From the NCBI GenBank assembly GCA_976226885.1, contig OZ320321.1:40734001-40798000 (forward strand): a DNA stretch of 64,000 nt. Direction: 5' to 3'. Position 1 is the stretch's first letter. Every line of letters begins with the position of its first letter. The position numbers and the translations under genes were made by a program. Positions 37,139 through 49,072 of the stretch are shown here, in pieces. The notes under the pieces were generated by a model that was given only the letters and a program-made list of their open reading frames with translations, made no database searches and was not told where the DNA came from. The stretch is from Iphione sp. A-MEVVRFRX5. Its lineage: Eukaryota.

Positions 37139-39324
37139 CTTGACTTTGGTTGATCTGATGTTAGATGTCCAGCTCACCTGTCTGCTATCCTCCTGGCAAA
37201 ATGACCTCTCACCTATAAAACGTCGATGATTCCACCAAAGTATGCACAGTTCATCAGAAATTACTTGATAATAGGCCTACATGTAGTTGTTCCAGGTTTG
37301 GAGCGTGCGGTCAATATATAAAATGAGTAAAGATTTAGCACGTGTATGCCGAACACCTGAGAGAAGCAAAGAACCAAACATTAATAGTGAGCAAAATATT
37401 AGAGCAAAACCTTAAAATGATGACTAGTCTTCAAACAGGACCATTATAAATGTGTGTGAAATTTGATGCAGTGAAAATTTCTAATTTCCAGATAAATGTT
37501 AGTCCTAGCAGCCAGGTTCAATTTTCAAGATGTGGCACCTTCCACAAATAAGATTTGGAGTCTTTTGGATCAGAGTGCAAAATTTGGCACTTTTGTCCAC
37601 CCTGTAACAGGTTTGTTTTGAGAGCCCCAACTAGCTGTTCCCATTAGTTCTCACCCACTTGAGCACACACTGTATGCGATTTATAACACTATTCTTAGGT
37701 TGTAACAGTCCTTGCTTTGGAACCGCATGTCTGCATAATATAGGCTCTCCCGGGTGCCCTTGTTGACTGTGATGTCATGCTTCAGTTTAACTTTCTGGCT
37801 ATAGTCACCATCTTAATTTAATAATTACCAAACCCCAACAACAATAACAATCCTCCTACAATCTTAGACATTCCCCAGAAATAACAGTACATAACATAGA
37901 GTACCATTGTGTTTTAGCATTTTAAACACTATAGGAAAAGGGAGCAAGGACAGAATTACAGCAGTCCTGTGCACAAACATGGAGGGAAAAGATTGGTGAT
38001 TGGAAGAGCTCCCTCAATTATTCCACCACCCTCGCCATAGTAGGCAAAACCACTCGGAACCAAGCAGTGCTAAATACCGAGGCTTTACTGTACTATTAAT
38101 ACCTGAACTCAAAAATATCACAGTACAGTACCTTTTTTGTCAAACATCTCCGTGTGTAATACAGTCGTGATTTTTAGGCACCTGCCATATTACTGTCAAA
38201 TTATCTCGATTTGAATCCATTTGGGTTTATTGGAGAGATCAACTGGATTTTCCAACACATTCCAACAAATAAACTTCCTCCTGGGTCACTCGCACTCACA
38301 ATGAGCGATGGATTGAAACCATTCAGCTTGCATTTAATGAATAAATTGGCTAGGATTCACTCATACCCGTTCCGGCGAGTTCCGTGTTTCTAAGCACAAA
38401 GGCTTTTGTCAGTGCAATATAATTATTTACAATAGAGGAACAACAACATGGGAACGTGGGGATGGATCGTGAGACAAGCGTGTGGAGAGGGAGGAAATGG
38501 AAAATGTTCTATCTTCCTAGCAAGAGCTTGCTTTCTTCCAAGGTAAAGAAGGGCATGGTAAAACTTCAGCAAGGTTCGAAATTAACGCTCACCCAGTGAC
38601 GATCGGTCAACTCTAGCGTTTTTTGTCCAGATATATATTATATAGTGTACCTCTGAAATACGGTCACCCTCGATTCTGAGCAAAAATGGACGGTATTTAT
38701 CGTGCTAACCGCTACAGTGTGTACCGGGAGTGTGTACCAGATGAGGTGGTAATTTTCAAACTTAAACCAGCAATGTCCCCACCCATTTCCAGTGTGGTCT
38801 TGATTATGTTGCATTGTCTCTGGGGGTGCAATTAGCTGTGTAAGAGGGACTTGCTGACAATGTAGTATGCCAGTAGTAGGTGCCCAGTAGTAGGTAATTT
38901 GAGTCAGTGTTCAACCATTTTTACCACTATAAAGAGATCAAAGTTGTTGACAACTTGGTGTAAATCGGTTTGTCTAGGAAACGAACACAAATGTATCTTA
39001 GATTGATTTAAAAAATTATTTAAAAGTTACACATTCATCTGGTTGGGAAAAACCCTGCCAACCATGTGAGAGAGGGTGAGAGTATATGTCCTGGCCAAAT
39101 AAATGTTGGACCCGAATTAGACAAGACAGGCAGAGTAGAGAGGAGTTTTCTATGCGTTTCTCTTCCTATCCCTAAACTGATTGTTTAGTTTGTGGGGAAA
39201 CCAGTCGAAGTGGTGCCTCGCCGGTCCCCTGTTGGGCGGATTCTCACGCCTTACTCGGAGATGGATGGCATCTCTCGCTTAGGAACTCGTGGAGGTACAG
39301 GTAGACCGCAGCGCCGTCTGCCGT
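37139..39324 (-). other. Candidate first two exons of an unidentified minus-strand transcript (39324..39255, 37212..37139)
   Basis: Donors GTAAGG and GTGAGT, acceptor TTTTATAG; the joined frame is open ([T/M]ADGAAVYLYLHEFLSERCHPSPSERSFCQEDSRQVSWTSNIRSTKVK) but starts at ACG; a CpG-rich stretch lies upstream. Confidence 0.2.
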
Positions 39325-40503
39325 TTCAGAGTTGAATCATTCTTTTTCGCTGCCCTTTAATGTGCTTTTCGCCAATCCATTCAACGCTATCTGCATTCGA
39401 AACGGCCTATTTCCACATAAATGTACATGTATCCCCTGGCGGTACTGAGATACATTATTAGACCGTAAATCATGAACATCGGTGCGCAATCCACATCAAC
39501 TTTCGCCCAACGAGATTGCGCTTCGGTCAGCCGCTGATCTGTACGTTGTGAAATGTTTCTACCTTCCCAATTCATAACACTTATACATGTACAGCGTTTA
39601 GTCTTCTTTGGTTTTACGTCACGAAACCATACTTTGGTCAAACGATCCAAGAGATAAGATTTTCATTTCCTGTTCTATTTGTATTTATCTAAGCATTAAT
39701 CATGCAAAAACTGAGATGAACGGTGCATAGGTTGTATAAATGCTTCAGATAAATTGAATTGGGACATCAAGTCCAACCCAATCCTACCTGAGATGTCAAA
39801 CCACCTTTTATTCCATACTAAACTATCACGCAAATCATATTCAACTCCTTATCGTCCATGTAAATTCAGGGGTTTTTTTTAAGTGAGACTAGAGATAAAA
39901 GCTTAGGGCGGCTTAGCGGTCCTCCTGAGAGTAGTACCTCTAACAGAACTGATATCATACCATGCCTCACTGTAAACCCTAGAAATTGCACTTTGATTTA
40001 GCATTAATTTGTGCTTATTATATAGTTGCCAGGGTAACAGAAGAGTCCTGAATATATACCATTTTTATAAAAATTGAGAAATTTCCACTGATTGACAATA
40101 AATGTCTTTAGAGAGAAACTTACTATTGAACAAATGCAGTGATTTGCAATATTTTGATACCTTGTCATTGTGCATGGATTTAGTACATTTTATCCTAATC
40201 TCCCAGCTCACAGAATTTCATGTTTTTATAAGATCTGTTTCATAAAATGCTATGAAATGTTTTGTTTCAGAATTTTCAATAGATTACCCCAAAAATGTAG
40301 TGCATCAACGGCACCACTGATATTGCATCAGTAATATTTAGAGGTTACCTTGGTAACAAATTAAATGATTCAACAATCATTTTAGAGAGATCTAAATTCT
40401 TACTACTCAGTCTATGTAATTTGTGTAGAAAATATATTTCCAAAGAGAACTGAAATATATGTGTACCTATTGCGAGGCAAGATGAAATACCATTGACCAT
40501 ATA

Positions 40504-40659
40504 CAGTGTCCCCTCGCTAATAAGAACACCATTTGTTCTTACCTCAAGTGGTCTGAATGGGGAGTGGTCTCATCAGAGAGGGGTATTTATATACATGTAT
40601 ATAAATGTTCCTTAAAAGTGGTCGTATTAGGAAGGTGGTCTTAGACCGAGGTGACACTG
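40504..40659. mobile_element. Tc1/mariner-type MITE with TA TSD
   Basis: TA|CAGTGTCCCCTCG … CGAGGTGACACTG|TA. Confidence 0.85.
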
Positions 40660-41262
40660 TATATGCCTATTGCTTGTGGAGATGTAACTGATATTTTGGC
40701 CAGTTATTAAATAAGAGAGAGTACTATGAAAAGCTACCAAAATCCAACATCAAATCGTCTACAGTGACTTCAAAATATATTGCAATCTTGTTATTACTTG
40801 AAATGTGTAGAGCCAAATACAGCACTAGCTGACATTTTTGCAGATGAGGAAGGTCATGGGATCAGTTTGAATCTTCCGTCAGAAAAATAACATTTTTGGT
40901 CACAGCTGAGAACATTGTGACTATGAACAAAAAATGAAGAGAGCAGCTGTAAAATCATGTTCCTGTATGCTTACTAACTTCCATCGTACAGTATTGGACA
41001 GCAAGGGGTTAACCTACTTTCAACTTTAGTCTGAAACATGTGCCGAAATATGGTGGACAATGCACTATTGTTATTTATAACATCATCAGGTCTATCCATA
41101 GCTCTGGGTAATATGGCATGCTGACACAGAGTAAGGCCGATAAACTAGAACGTAACTAGAACGTGTACCTGTACACAGAACAACTTATCGCCAAATACCT
41201 CCGAAAATGGTTTCCTGGAGTAAACAAAAAACACCAACTACTCAATACATTTCACCTATTTC

Positions 41263-41268
41263 TTTATT
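41263..41268 (-). terminator. RPL34 polyadenylation signal
   Basis: AATAAA 18 nt after the RPL34 stop codon. Confidence 0.75.
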
Positions 41269-41285
41269 TTTTACATTACTGATGT

Positions 41286-44200
41286 TCACTTGCTTTTGCC
41301 AGCCACAGCACGCAACACTTTGACGACGATCTTCTGTTCCTCAATGAGGAAGGCGCGGATAATCCTGAAATCAAGAGATACATAACCACGTTACAAACAA
41401 AGCAAGAAGGCAAACCTGTACACTCACTTTAACCCTTTCCTGGCCGACCAATGCTATATCATCCACATATGGATGATGGTTTTCTTGTCTTTCTACAAAT
41501 GTGATTTTTAAATAAGTCTGTGCTTCATTCATTGAAATGTGGTCACCTAGTCTCCTGCTTCTTATTTCTACTGACATATTCATGAAATTATTGTTTCCAT
41601 GGAAACAGGTCACATGACCAGTCGGGATTTCAATCAGTTTCTTTTTCATGCCAATTTACCTAGAGAAAGCATACATTATAACCCATTAACTGTGTCCTAT
41701 AAAATATAAGTCTCCATTAGTTTGTCAGAATGTCTGAATCTGTAATTAAGAATATATAATTTCCTTTCCTAGTAAAAATTTTTGAAAGGTTTCCATCATT
41801 TATACTTAAAGAAAAACATATAGTTAGTATGGAACTCCAAGTCATCCTGATAACAACTTATGGCTTATGGTTTCTGTTAGAATCTGCATATTATGATAAT
41901 TTGTGTGATGAATATGAAAACCATCAATACCAGAAAGGCATATTTTTATACTAAACCTTTTTATAAAATATTTATCTTACTTCATAAGGATGCAAATCAA
42001 ACTAAAATTTTGAATTATTCCTATGTTCTACTGCCATGGCAACATATCAACATTCTTTACTCTTACATCAATGATGTAAGTGATGTCAAAAATGAGCCAT
42101 TTTGACATCGAACATATGACATCACAGATATTCATAAAACATGACTTCCTTCACACATATAAACAATGAATACATGAAAATGTAGCAAAACACTTCCTGA
42201 ACATTTTTGTAATTAGGTATTTTTCTCTAAAGTAAATATTTATTGTTCTTTTATTGGAAATTATGTAAATTTATGCAAATTTTTACAAATTTTACTCGAT
42301 AACACCCAATATTCAACTGTGCGGTGTTACTATAGTAACCAATGAAATGAAATGGTACTATCACAGAAGAAGCTCCATTTCAAATTGTTTAGTTTCCTAT
42401 ATAGAATGATATAGCAAACATCACCACAAGGCTAGTAGTACTAAATCATAACTTATATGACAGCTGTATCTACAGAAAACCCTATTTATGGCGGCCAGGA
42501 AAGAGTTAAACAAACCCTTAAATTCAATCGTCCAAGAGCATAATGTTCGTGACTTACTATTAACGGTCCTAATAGGGACACCAAAGAAAGCATTGAGCCG
42601 TACCTGTCACGGACACACTTGTGACACCGAGAGCCTCCGTATGTCCTGGAAACTGTCTTCAGGCGTTTCGTCATGTTCTTACGCTCAATAGGCCTTGAAG
42701 GAGTGATCTGTCAATTATAGATGTAGCGAGTCAAAATGCGAACTTAAGAATGGGTCACAGTTTAAGTCACTCTCCATTCCAACTAACATTGGCCGGGCTA
42801 GCCCTTTCACTGTCCAACTACACTTTAGAATATTCACACTCGATGTATCCTTCTATTCTATAACGTACGGGCTTAGTTACACGTAAATATCTTTAGAAAT
42901 TCATGCAACACGTTTGTCTGATATATTCTAGCACGGGATGGGTTTAAGTATGAGTGCTTGCACAATCACCTGTATGTCGACTTTTAATACCGGATCGTAA
43001 TTTTGCTCAAATAAGCCATAACACAAATAAAGTGACCAGAAACGTTGTTAAGTCCGCATTTTTGGCATCTAGCAAACTTCATTGTAACAGGCCACGAAAT
43101 ACACTAATTCACACAACTTTTCATGAAATCTAACTATACCCATTTGTCGGTGTCATGCCTTTATAAAGGTTTAATATCTACTGCACTGCATACGATTAAT
43201 ACTTTTGGAGCAATTTTTCAAGGGGCAAATGCTACTGCTTCGATTTTCCCTTCCTTAGTTTAAGAAGATGACTGGAAGAGTCTTTTTCCGCCTGCCAGAT
43301 AACAGACCGCAAATCAATGAGCCATGTACACTGCAGCGCGGACAGTCCTTTACATCTATGACTAAACTGAACCTTGAGTTATGGTGCAATCTGATGGAAC
43401 CTATCAGGATTTGCATTTTCTCAAACATCAGTTTCCACATGGTCCTACTTTTGTGACTCGTAATACTACAAAGGGGACCTAAATCAATAAAAAACTCATT
43501 CAACATACTCCTCACTCAATACACAGTCCTCATGTGTACATATAACTCATGTGATATACTAAAAAAGCAAATGAACGACAAATCTTCCGGACATAAGGAG
43601 AAGATACTCTGCAGTTACATCAACAATGTCTGTACAAATACGAAGTGCATGTACAGTAAAATTAAATGCACCTGTCTTTTGACAGTACCGATGTATTTGT
43701 TTTGGAATGAACGTATATGATTATATCTATATCAAGATAGAGTCGTCTACGTTGCATTCCTTGTGACCATTGCCTCCGGTCTTGTTAGAAGTGTGTTCTT
43801 AAATGAAAATTTAATAAATATATAGTGTTTGTCCTTCTTTGCCAATATGCTTTCTACCACTTTGGAATATCACATCACAATGTCTACTAATTGGAACAAA
43901 TACTGGGAGGGTGGTTTGTTGATGTCGAAGAAGGAACATCAATTTAACAAGAAGATACATGCAGCGGACACTGCATAGGGAGGTCGCATTCTCTAAAGAG
44001 AAAAACTGTGATAACTCTAAAACTATTGCAGTTAGAAGGACATGACTTCAACCAAAATACTGTGGGATGAATTACAGAGGTGATAAGGGTAGGTAGAGTG
44101 ATGTAGAGAAACAGGTAGAGAAAAACACTGATAACTTGAAAACTATTGAACATACAAGGATGGGACCTGAACCAAAATACTGTGGGCCGAATAATAAAAG

Positions 44201-47200
44201 TGACAGGGACAGGTTAGAGTAACACAGTTGAGGGGCAGGTGAAGAGAAAAACTGTGATAACTCAGAAACTATTGCATATACAAGGACGGGACGAACCAAA
44301 ATACTCTAGGCCAAATGATGGAGGTGATACGGGCAGGTTAGGGTAATGGAGTGGAAGGGCAAGTAAAGAGAAAAACTGTTATGGAGATGGAGCAGGTAAA
44401 GGAAAAGAATTATGCCCAATTTCATATGTGAGACAAAAAACTATGATAATGTAATGTGATAAGGTTACCTGTGGCACCACAGCCACTCGTATTGTACTTG
44501 GCGAACTCTAAGACTTAGTAGTAACGTTGCCTGCGGCACCACAGTTGTGTAGATTGTAGTAGTAATGTTGCCTGTGGCACCACAGCCACTCGTGTTGTAC
44601 TCTAAGACGTAATAGTAATACTGCCTGTGGTTCCACAGTCATTTATGTTGTACTTGATGAACTCTAGGGCTTAGGAGTAACGTTGCCTGTGGTTCCACAG
44701 CCACTTGTGTTGCACTTGATGAACTCTAAGACTTAGTAGTGACGTTGCCTGCGGCACCACAGTTGTATAGATTGTAATAGTAACGTTGCCTGTGGCACCG
44801 CAGCCACTTGTGTTGTACTTGATGAACTCTAAGACTTAGTAGTGACGTTGCCTGCGGCACCACAGTTGTATAGAGTGTAATAGTAACGTTGCCTGTGGCA
44901 CCACAGCCACTTGTGTTGTACTTGATGAACTCTAGGACTCAGTAGTAACGTTGCCTGTGGCACCACAGTCACTTGTGTTGTACTTGGTGAACTCTAAGAC
45001 TTTAGTGCATGTGTACTGGAGAGTAAGCTTAGGGCCGCCTGTGGCACCACAGTCATTTATGCTAAATGGCCTGTGGTACCACAGGCATATAGGATGTTTA
45101 AGGTCACCTTGGACCCTGGATGACAAGGCACCTGCAATATGATTGGTAGACAAAAAAAAGTCTTTGGAATGTTGTAGCCTTTTTATTCCATGACTGATAC
45201 ATTGTATTGATCACATGGCCAGGAGTTTGACTATAAATATGGGCCCTGTGTGGCCAATAAAACAGTTTGCACTTGGACCTCACTAGTGGACCTTGTTGAT
45301 TTGGGGATGTAACAAACCCACTTGGATTACCTAGGGTTGGCACTTGGATGTAACCGCACTGGGACTACAGTGAAGTAACTGAGACAGGATAGCACTAGAC
45401 ATAGCTGGATCTACCAAGTGGGAGATTTAACAGAGAATTATCCTGGAGTTAGGACTCGGATAAAATATCACTGGAATTATAGTGGAGTAACTAAGCGAGT
45501 TGGACTTAGTTGGATTACACCAAGTGAGGAAGTCAGCCATTAAATTACAATAACTTGAGAACTATTCTTGCAATAAAGATAGGACCAAAATACTTTCTTA
45601 TACTTTCTTCTGCTCTCCAGTGCTTCTCACACTACTTTCACGCAGAACACCAAATTCTACACTTCTAGGAAGACCCTGGCCACTATCCAGTGCTTCTCAC
45701 AATAAATTCGTGCAGAACGCCAACTTTTACATTTCTATGCATGTCCTGGTCATTTATCCAGTGCTTCTCATGCTAATTTCGCACTGAGCGCGGACTTTTA
45801 CACTTCTAGCTTCTGGGAAGGCCCTGGCTGCTCCCCATTGGTTCTCACACTAATTTCGCGTGGACCGCCAACAAGGCACCTCGGCAGCCAAGGCAGGGTG
45901 ACTGGTGCTCCGACCTGTTTCCCTCCTGCTCTGAGCCCCCTCCAGCAACGGTACTTGAACCAAAATACTCCTAGCCCCCACACGGCTGTCACCCGGCCTC
46001 TTACAGTCTCTGCCACAGTGGAGGCACCCCGGTGGCCGCTTGCTGGACTGACTGATGCACCCACCTTCCCTCCCACTCTGGGCCATGATCAAGGCACACC
46101 GGCAGGCACCTGCTGACTGATCTCGGGTAGAGAGTGGTTGAGGGAGGAAGGACCACGACCAAGGGACCCCAGCAGGTGCCTGCTGACCAATCTTAGGTGG
46201 AGAGTGGTGGCAGAGGACTGCTTCCCTCCTACTCTTGCCTACTCCCCCTTGGGCAATCCCAGTCAGGGCAGGCTGACAAAGGATGGGGAGTAGTTGGAGG
46301 TACAGCACCCACCTGAGCGGTGTCCCACCCTTCCTCTAGCTCTGGAGGAGCTGTCTATCAATTCAGACCCTGACTAAGGTGACATAACACCCACTCAACT
46401 TCAAAGAAAACCAAACCAGAGTTTTACCATTGGTTTTCCAATAGACAGAAAAGACAAGCAAATGTGATGTAACAGCACTGATGCCTATTCAGACAAAGGC
46501 TAAGCCCCTCCCACCCTCCACCGAGTTGGCATATGCATATAATGGAAGTCATGACTATCTGCTGACTGAGAAGCACTTATAGACAAAGATATGCCCTCCA
46601 CTGAATATACATGTACTTGAAAACCTGGAAATGGAAATTCATGGTTGTGAACTGTGCTTGATTCATTTCTGGGACCCAGGTAATGATCTTAAGTTACAAA
46701 GTACTTACTCCATGCAGTTTGACTTTGCAGTCGCCGCATTTTGGGATGGTTCCAAGTTTCTTTGTGTAGTGGTACACCAATTTACCGCCTGCAATACAGT
46801 AAGAATTATTCATTTTTGAAACTGGGCAAATATATACAATCATACGTACTCTGTGTTACAGATATTACATCATAGGACTTTACCACTGACCAGGTAGACG
46901 GAATTTTTTTTAAATTTAGGAATAGTGCCCAAATACAAAGTTAGCTTGCAACTTGAGTTTAGAATTAATATGGTATATGTATATCAATAATTACGTAAAG
47001 CCATAGAATTTTAGTCTATTTTACCATATTTGTTGTTTGCTGTTTGGGTAATTCCAGTGAACATTTTCCAGATATGATTTAGGACACGCTTTACCAATAT
47101 AAACCATTATCTGTTAATCTGCATGTTTTCAGTGAAGGGTACCAAAATATCATGACATACATTAATAATGTATTCTCAGTAATATATTCTTAACTCAAAA

Positions 47201-48624
47201 ACGATTCCATTACTACAATAGAAAAAAATAATTAATACTGTGTTACCGGCTTACCTGGAGTCTTTGTGCTGTATGATAGACAGTCATCAGATTAACATGA
47301 AAATAAAAAGAAGCAATCATTGTTTAGTATTTACTGACTAAGTTCAAACAAAATGCACTAGGAATATTGTAATGGTTAGGTATAGGGACAGCCTAGAGGT
47401 ACTGGACTAAAAACACTTTGTGTGCAATGCCGGTCTATGTAAAATCAGTTTTGACAAGTGTGCACTGATTCTAAGCACCTGTATGTCACATCACAGTGGT
47501 AACCAATCAATCCCTCTACATCCTTAGTTGGCATATTCATTTACAATACATGTACACTATTTAACTGTATACTATATATACAAGAACCTACGAGGTCTAT
47601 TGTCCCCTGCCTGTTGTTCAACCAAGTGGAACTAATTGTTACTGCTTGGGTGAGCAGACTATTTTTTTACACACATGTACATACTTTTTCCCTTGTTTTT
47701 ATTTAAAATGTTCTAAATTATTATCAAAGTAAGCTGGTAGGAAGCGTCCAAATGGGTAGGCATCATAGCAAATAAATCGGCTTATCAGACACAACACGTT
47801 TGCAGTTAAAATAAACACAAGACTGACAGATGCTCAGACTGTAGCATTCCTAGGTCCTTCCCTCTCTTAGGCAGAGGACAATAATTTATAGTTTTGATAG
47901 AGGTGTACACCTTTGGCATTAAATAAATACCATTCTACAAAAATTCACAAGCAAATGTTAAGAGATGCAACTGTCCCCAAAGAAAGTTGCCTGGGTTTTA
48001 TAATGATAAATTATGCTTCAGTTTATGGAGCACGTTTCTACCAGCGCACGCATCAGTTTTCGATGAGCTGAGAAACGGGGGGGGGGGAGATCAACAATGA
48101 TGTACTAGATTCTAGTACAATCTCACTACTTACTCCTTAACGAAAAACAGATTAAGGAATCATTTTCTTATTTCTTTCCTTTTCTCATATTTTCTAGTGA
48201 TTGATGGAGGAAAGTTACAGTTAGGTGCAGCAGTGAGGATGAACTATTTTCGACGATAACAAGCACTATCAGTAATACTAAACCTACATGCAGTTTTCGT
48301 ACATTTATGAAAGGTGTTCATGAGGACTGGATTGTCGATCTGGTAGCGCAGGCAACAAAACGTATGTATTCCGATTCACATCACATCATTTGTTTTGAAT
48401 CAGATCAGGTGTATGAGCGATAATAAGTTTGAATCGAACTTCGTAGGTTTACCATGCATGGATCTTCCATATAAAATGATATAATACAACGATTAATATT
48501 ACTTCTGAAGCTACACATTTCCCTGTTATGTATCAAGCAACAAAAAATGTACTTACATCCTTTTGCGGTTCGACTTGGTGTTGTATGACAGGCGACGCCT
48601 GTATGTTAACCTCTGGCTAGGCAT
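41286..48624 (-). CDS. RPL34: 60S ribosomal protein L34 (eL34), complete, 114 aa
   Basis: complement(join(41286..41364,42604..42707,46709..46788,47255..47268,48557..48624)) gives [114 protein letters not shown]. All introns are GT-AG with consistent phases, and the CxxC…CxxC zinc motif is present. Confidence 0.97.
41433..42505. mobile_element. piggyBac-type MITE (TTAA TSD) filling most of the last RPL34 intron
   Basis: TTAA|CCCTTTCCTGGCCG … CGGCCAGGAAAGAG|TTAA, 13/14 TIR match. Confidence 0.9.
43997..44385 (+). repeat. ~120-126-bp diverged tandem repeat, 3+ copies
   Basis: AGAGAAAAAC(T)GTGATAAC…AACCAAAATACT units start at 43997, 44117, 44243 and 44367. Confidence 0.85.
44469..45084. repeat. 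Minisatellite built on the palindromic core CTG(T/C)GG-N2-CC(A/G)CAG, 12 copies
   Basis: Cores at 44469, 44531, 44572, 44625, 44687, 44749, 44790, 44852, 44893, 44955, 45039 and 45071; spacings are mostly 62 or 41 bp. Confidence 0.9.
45617..45865 (+). repeat. ~70-bp diverged tandem repeat, 3-4 copies
   Basis: CCAGTGCTTCTCA at 45617, 45687 and 45758, with a degenerate copy ~45835. Confidence 0.75.
47255..47268 (-). CDS. RPL34: 14-nt RPL34 coding microexon (CACAAAGACTCCAG)
   Basis: CATACAG|CACAAAGACTCCAG|GTAAGC; it supplies the conserved (I)TKTP(G) and is needed to keep frame (phase 2 to phase 1). Confidence 0.93.
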
Positions 48625-48829
48625 GGCGAACCTGTCACGTTAATAAAAGGCATTTAGACACTTAACATGTAAATATGAGGTACAACACCAAAGAGTATCA
48701 TCTTAATTATTTATCGGCAGAAAATGGGCTGTCTGCTTCTTATCTTTTCACATGATGGCCTAGGATTTAATTTTCATATGTATCACGTAGCCATTACCTT
48801 CAGTATACAGGATTGGAAAGGAGGCTTAC

Positions 48830-48852
48830 CGGAAGAGGAAACAGATTGCTGC
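48830..48852. promoter_or_regulatory. Shared RPL34/VTI1A start region: TCT/5'TOP initiator on - and back-to-back splice donors
   Basis: Minus strand reads TTCCTCTTCCG|GTAAGC (TCT motif, donor at 48829, acceptor CAG before 48631). Plus strand reads …TTGCTGC|GTAAGT (donor 48853) with acceptor TTTTTTGTTTCAG at 49017. CCGGAAG ETS site overlaps. Confidence 0.7.
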
Positions 48853-49072
48853 GTAAGTGTCAGTGCGTTGTGTATTCAGTATAGATGTTTTGAACCACAT
48901 GTAAAAGTGCTGTTCTGAGAATTGTATGAGAATTTCAGACACTAGAGTATTAATATAAATATTCCAATATATTTGTATTTTTTTGTTTACTTTCATTGGT
49001 GTTCTTTTTTGTTTCAGAAGATATGCTTATCTCATATTACCTACATTGAGTAGTTACCAAACAACTGTCAAG

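Noticed and set aside
38905-39058. hAT-like MITE (CAGTG…CCCTG)
   Set aside because: The termini match poorly and there is no 8-bp TSD.
37139-39324. Assigning the candidate gene as OSTC or ZDHHC6 on synteny grounds
   Set aside because: The translated segments do not resemble the N-termini of either protein as recalled.
44469-45084. CRISPR-like array of palindromic repeats
   Set aside because: The linkers are themselves repeated rather than unique spacers, the context is a eukaryotic intron, and there are no cas genes.
41365-48829. Intronic snoRNAs in RPL34
   Set aside because: No convincing RTGATGA…CTGA pair with a terminal stem on the minus strand by eye; H/ACA RNAs cannot be assessed without a covariance search.
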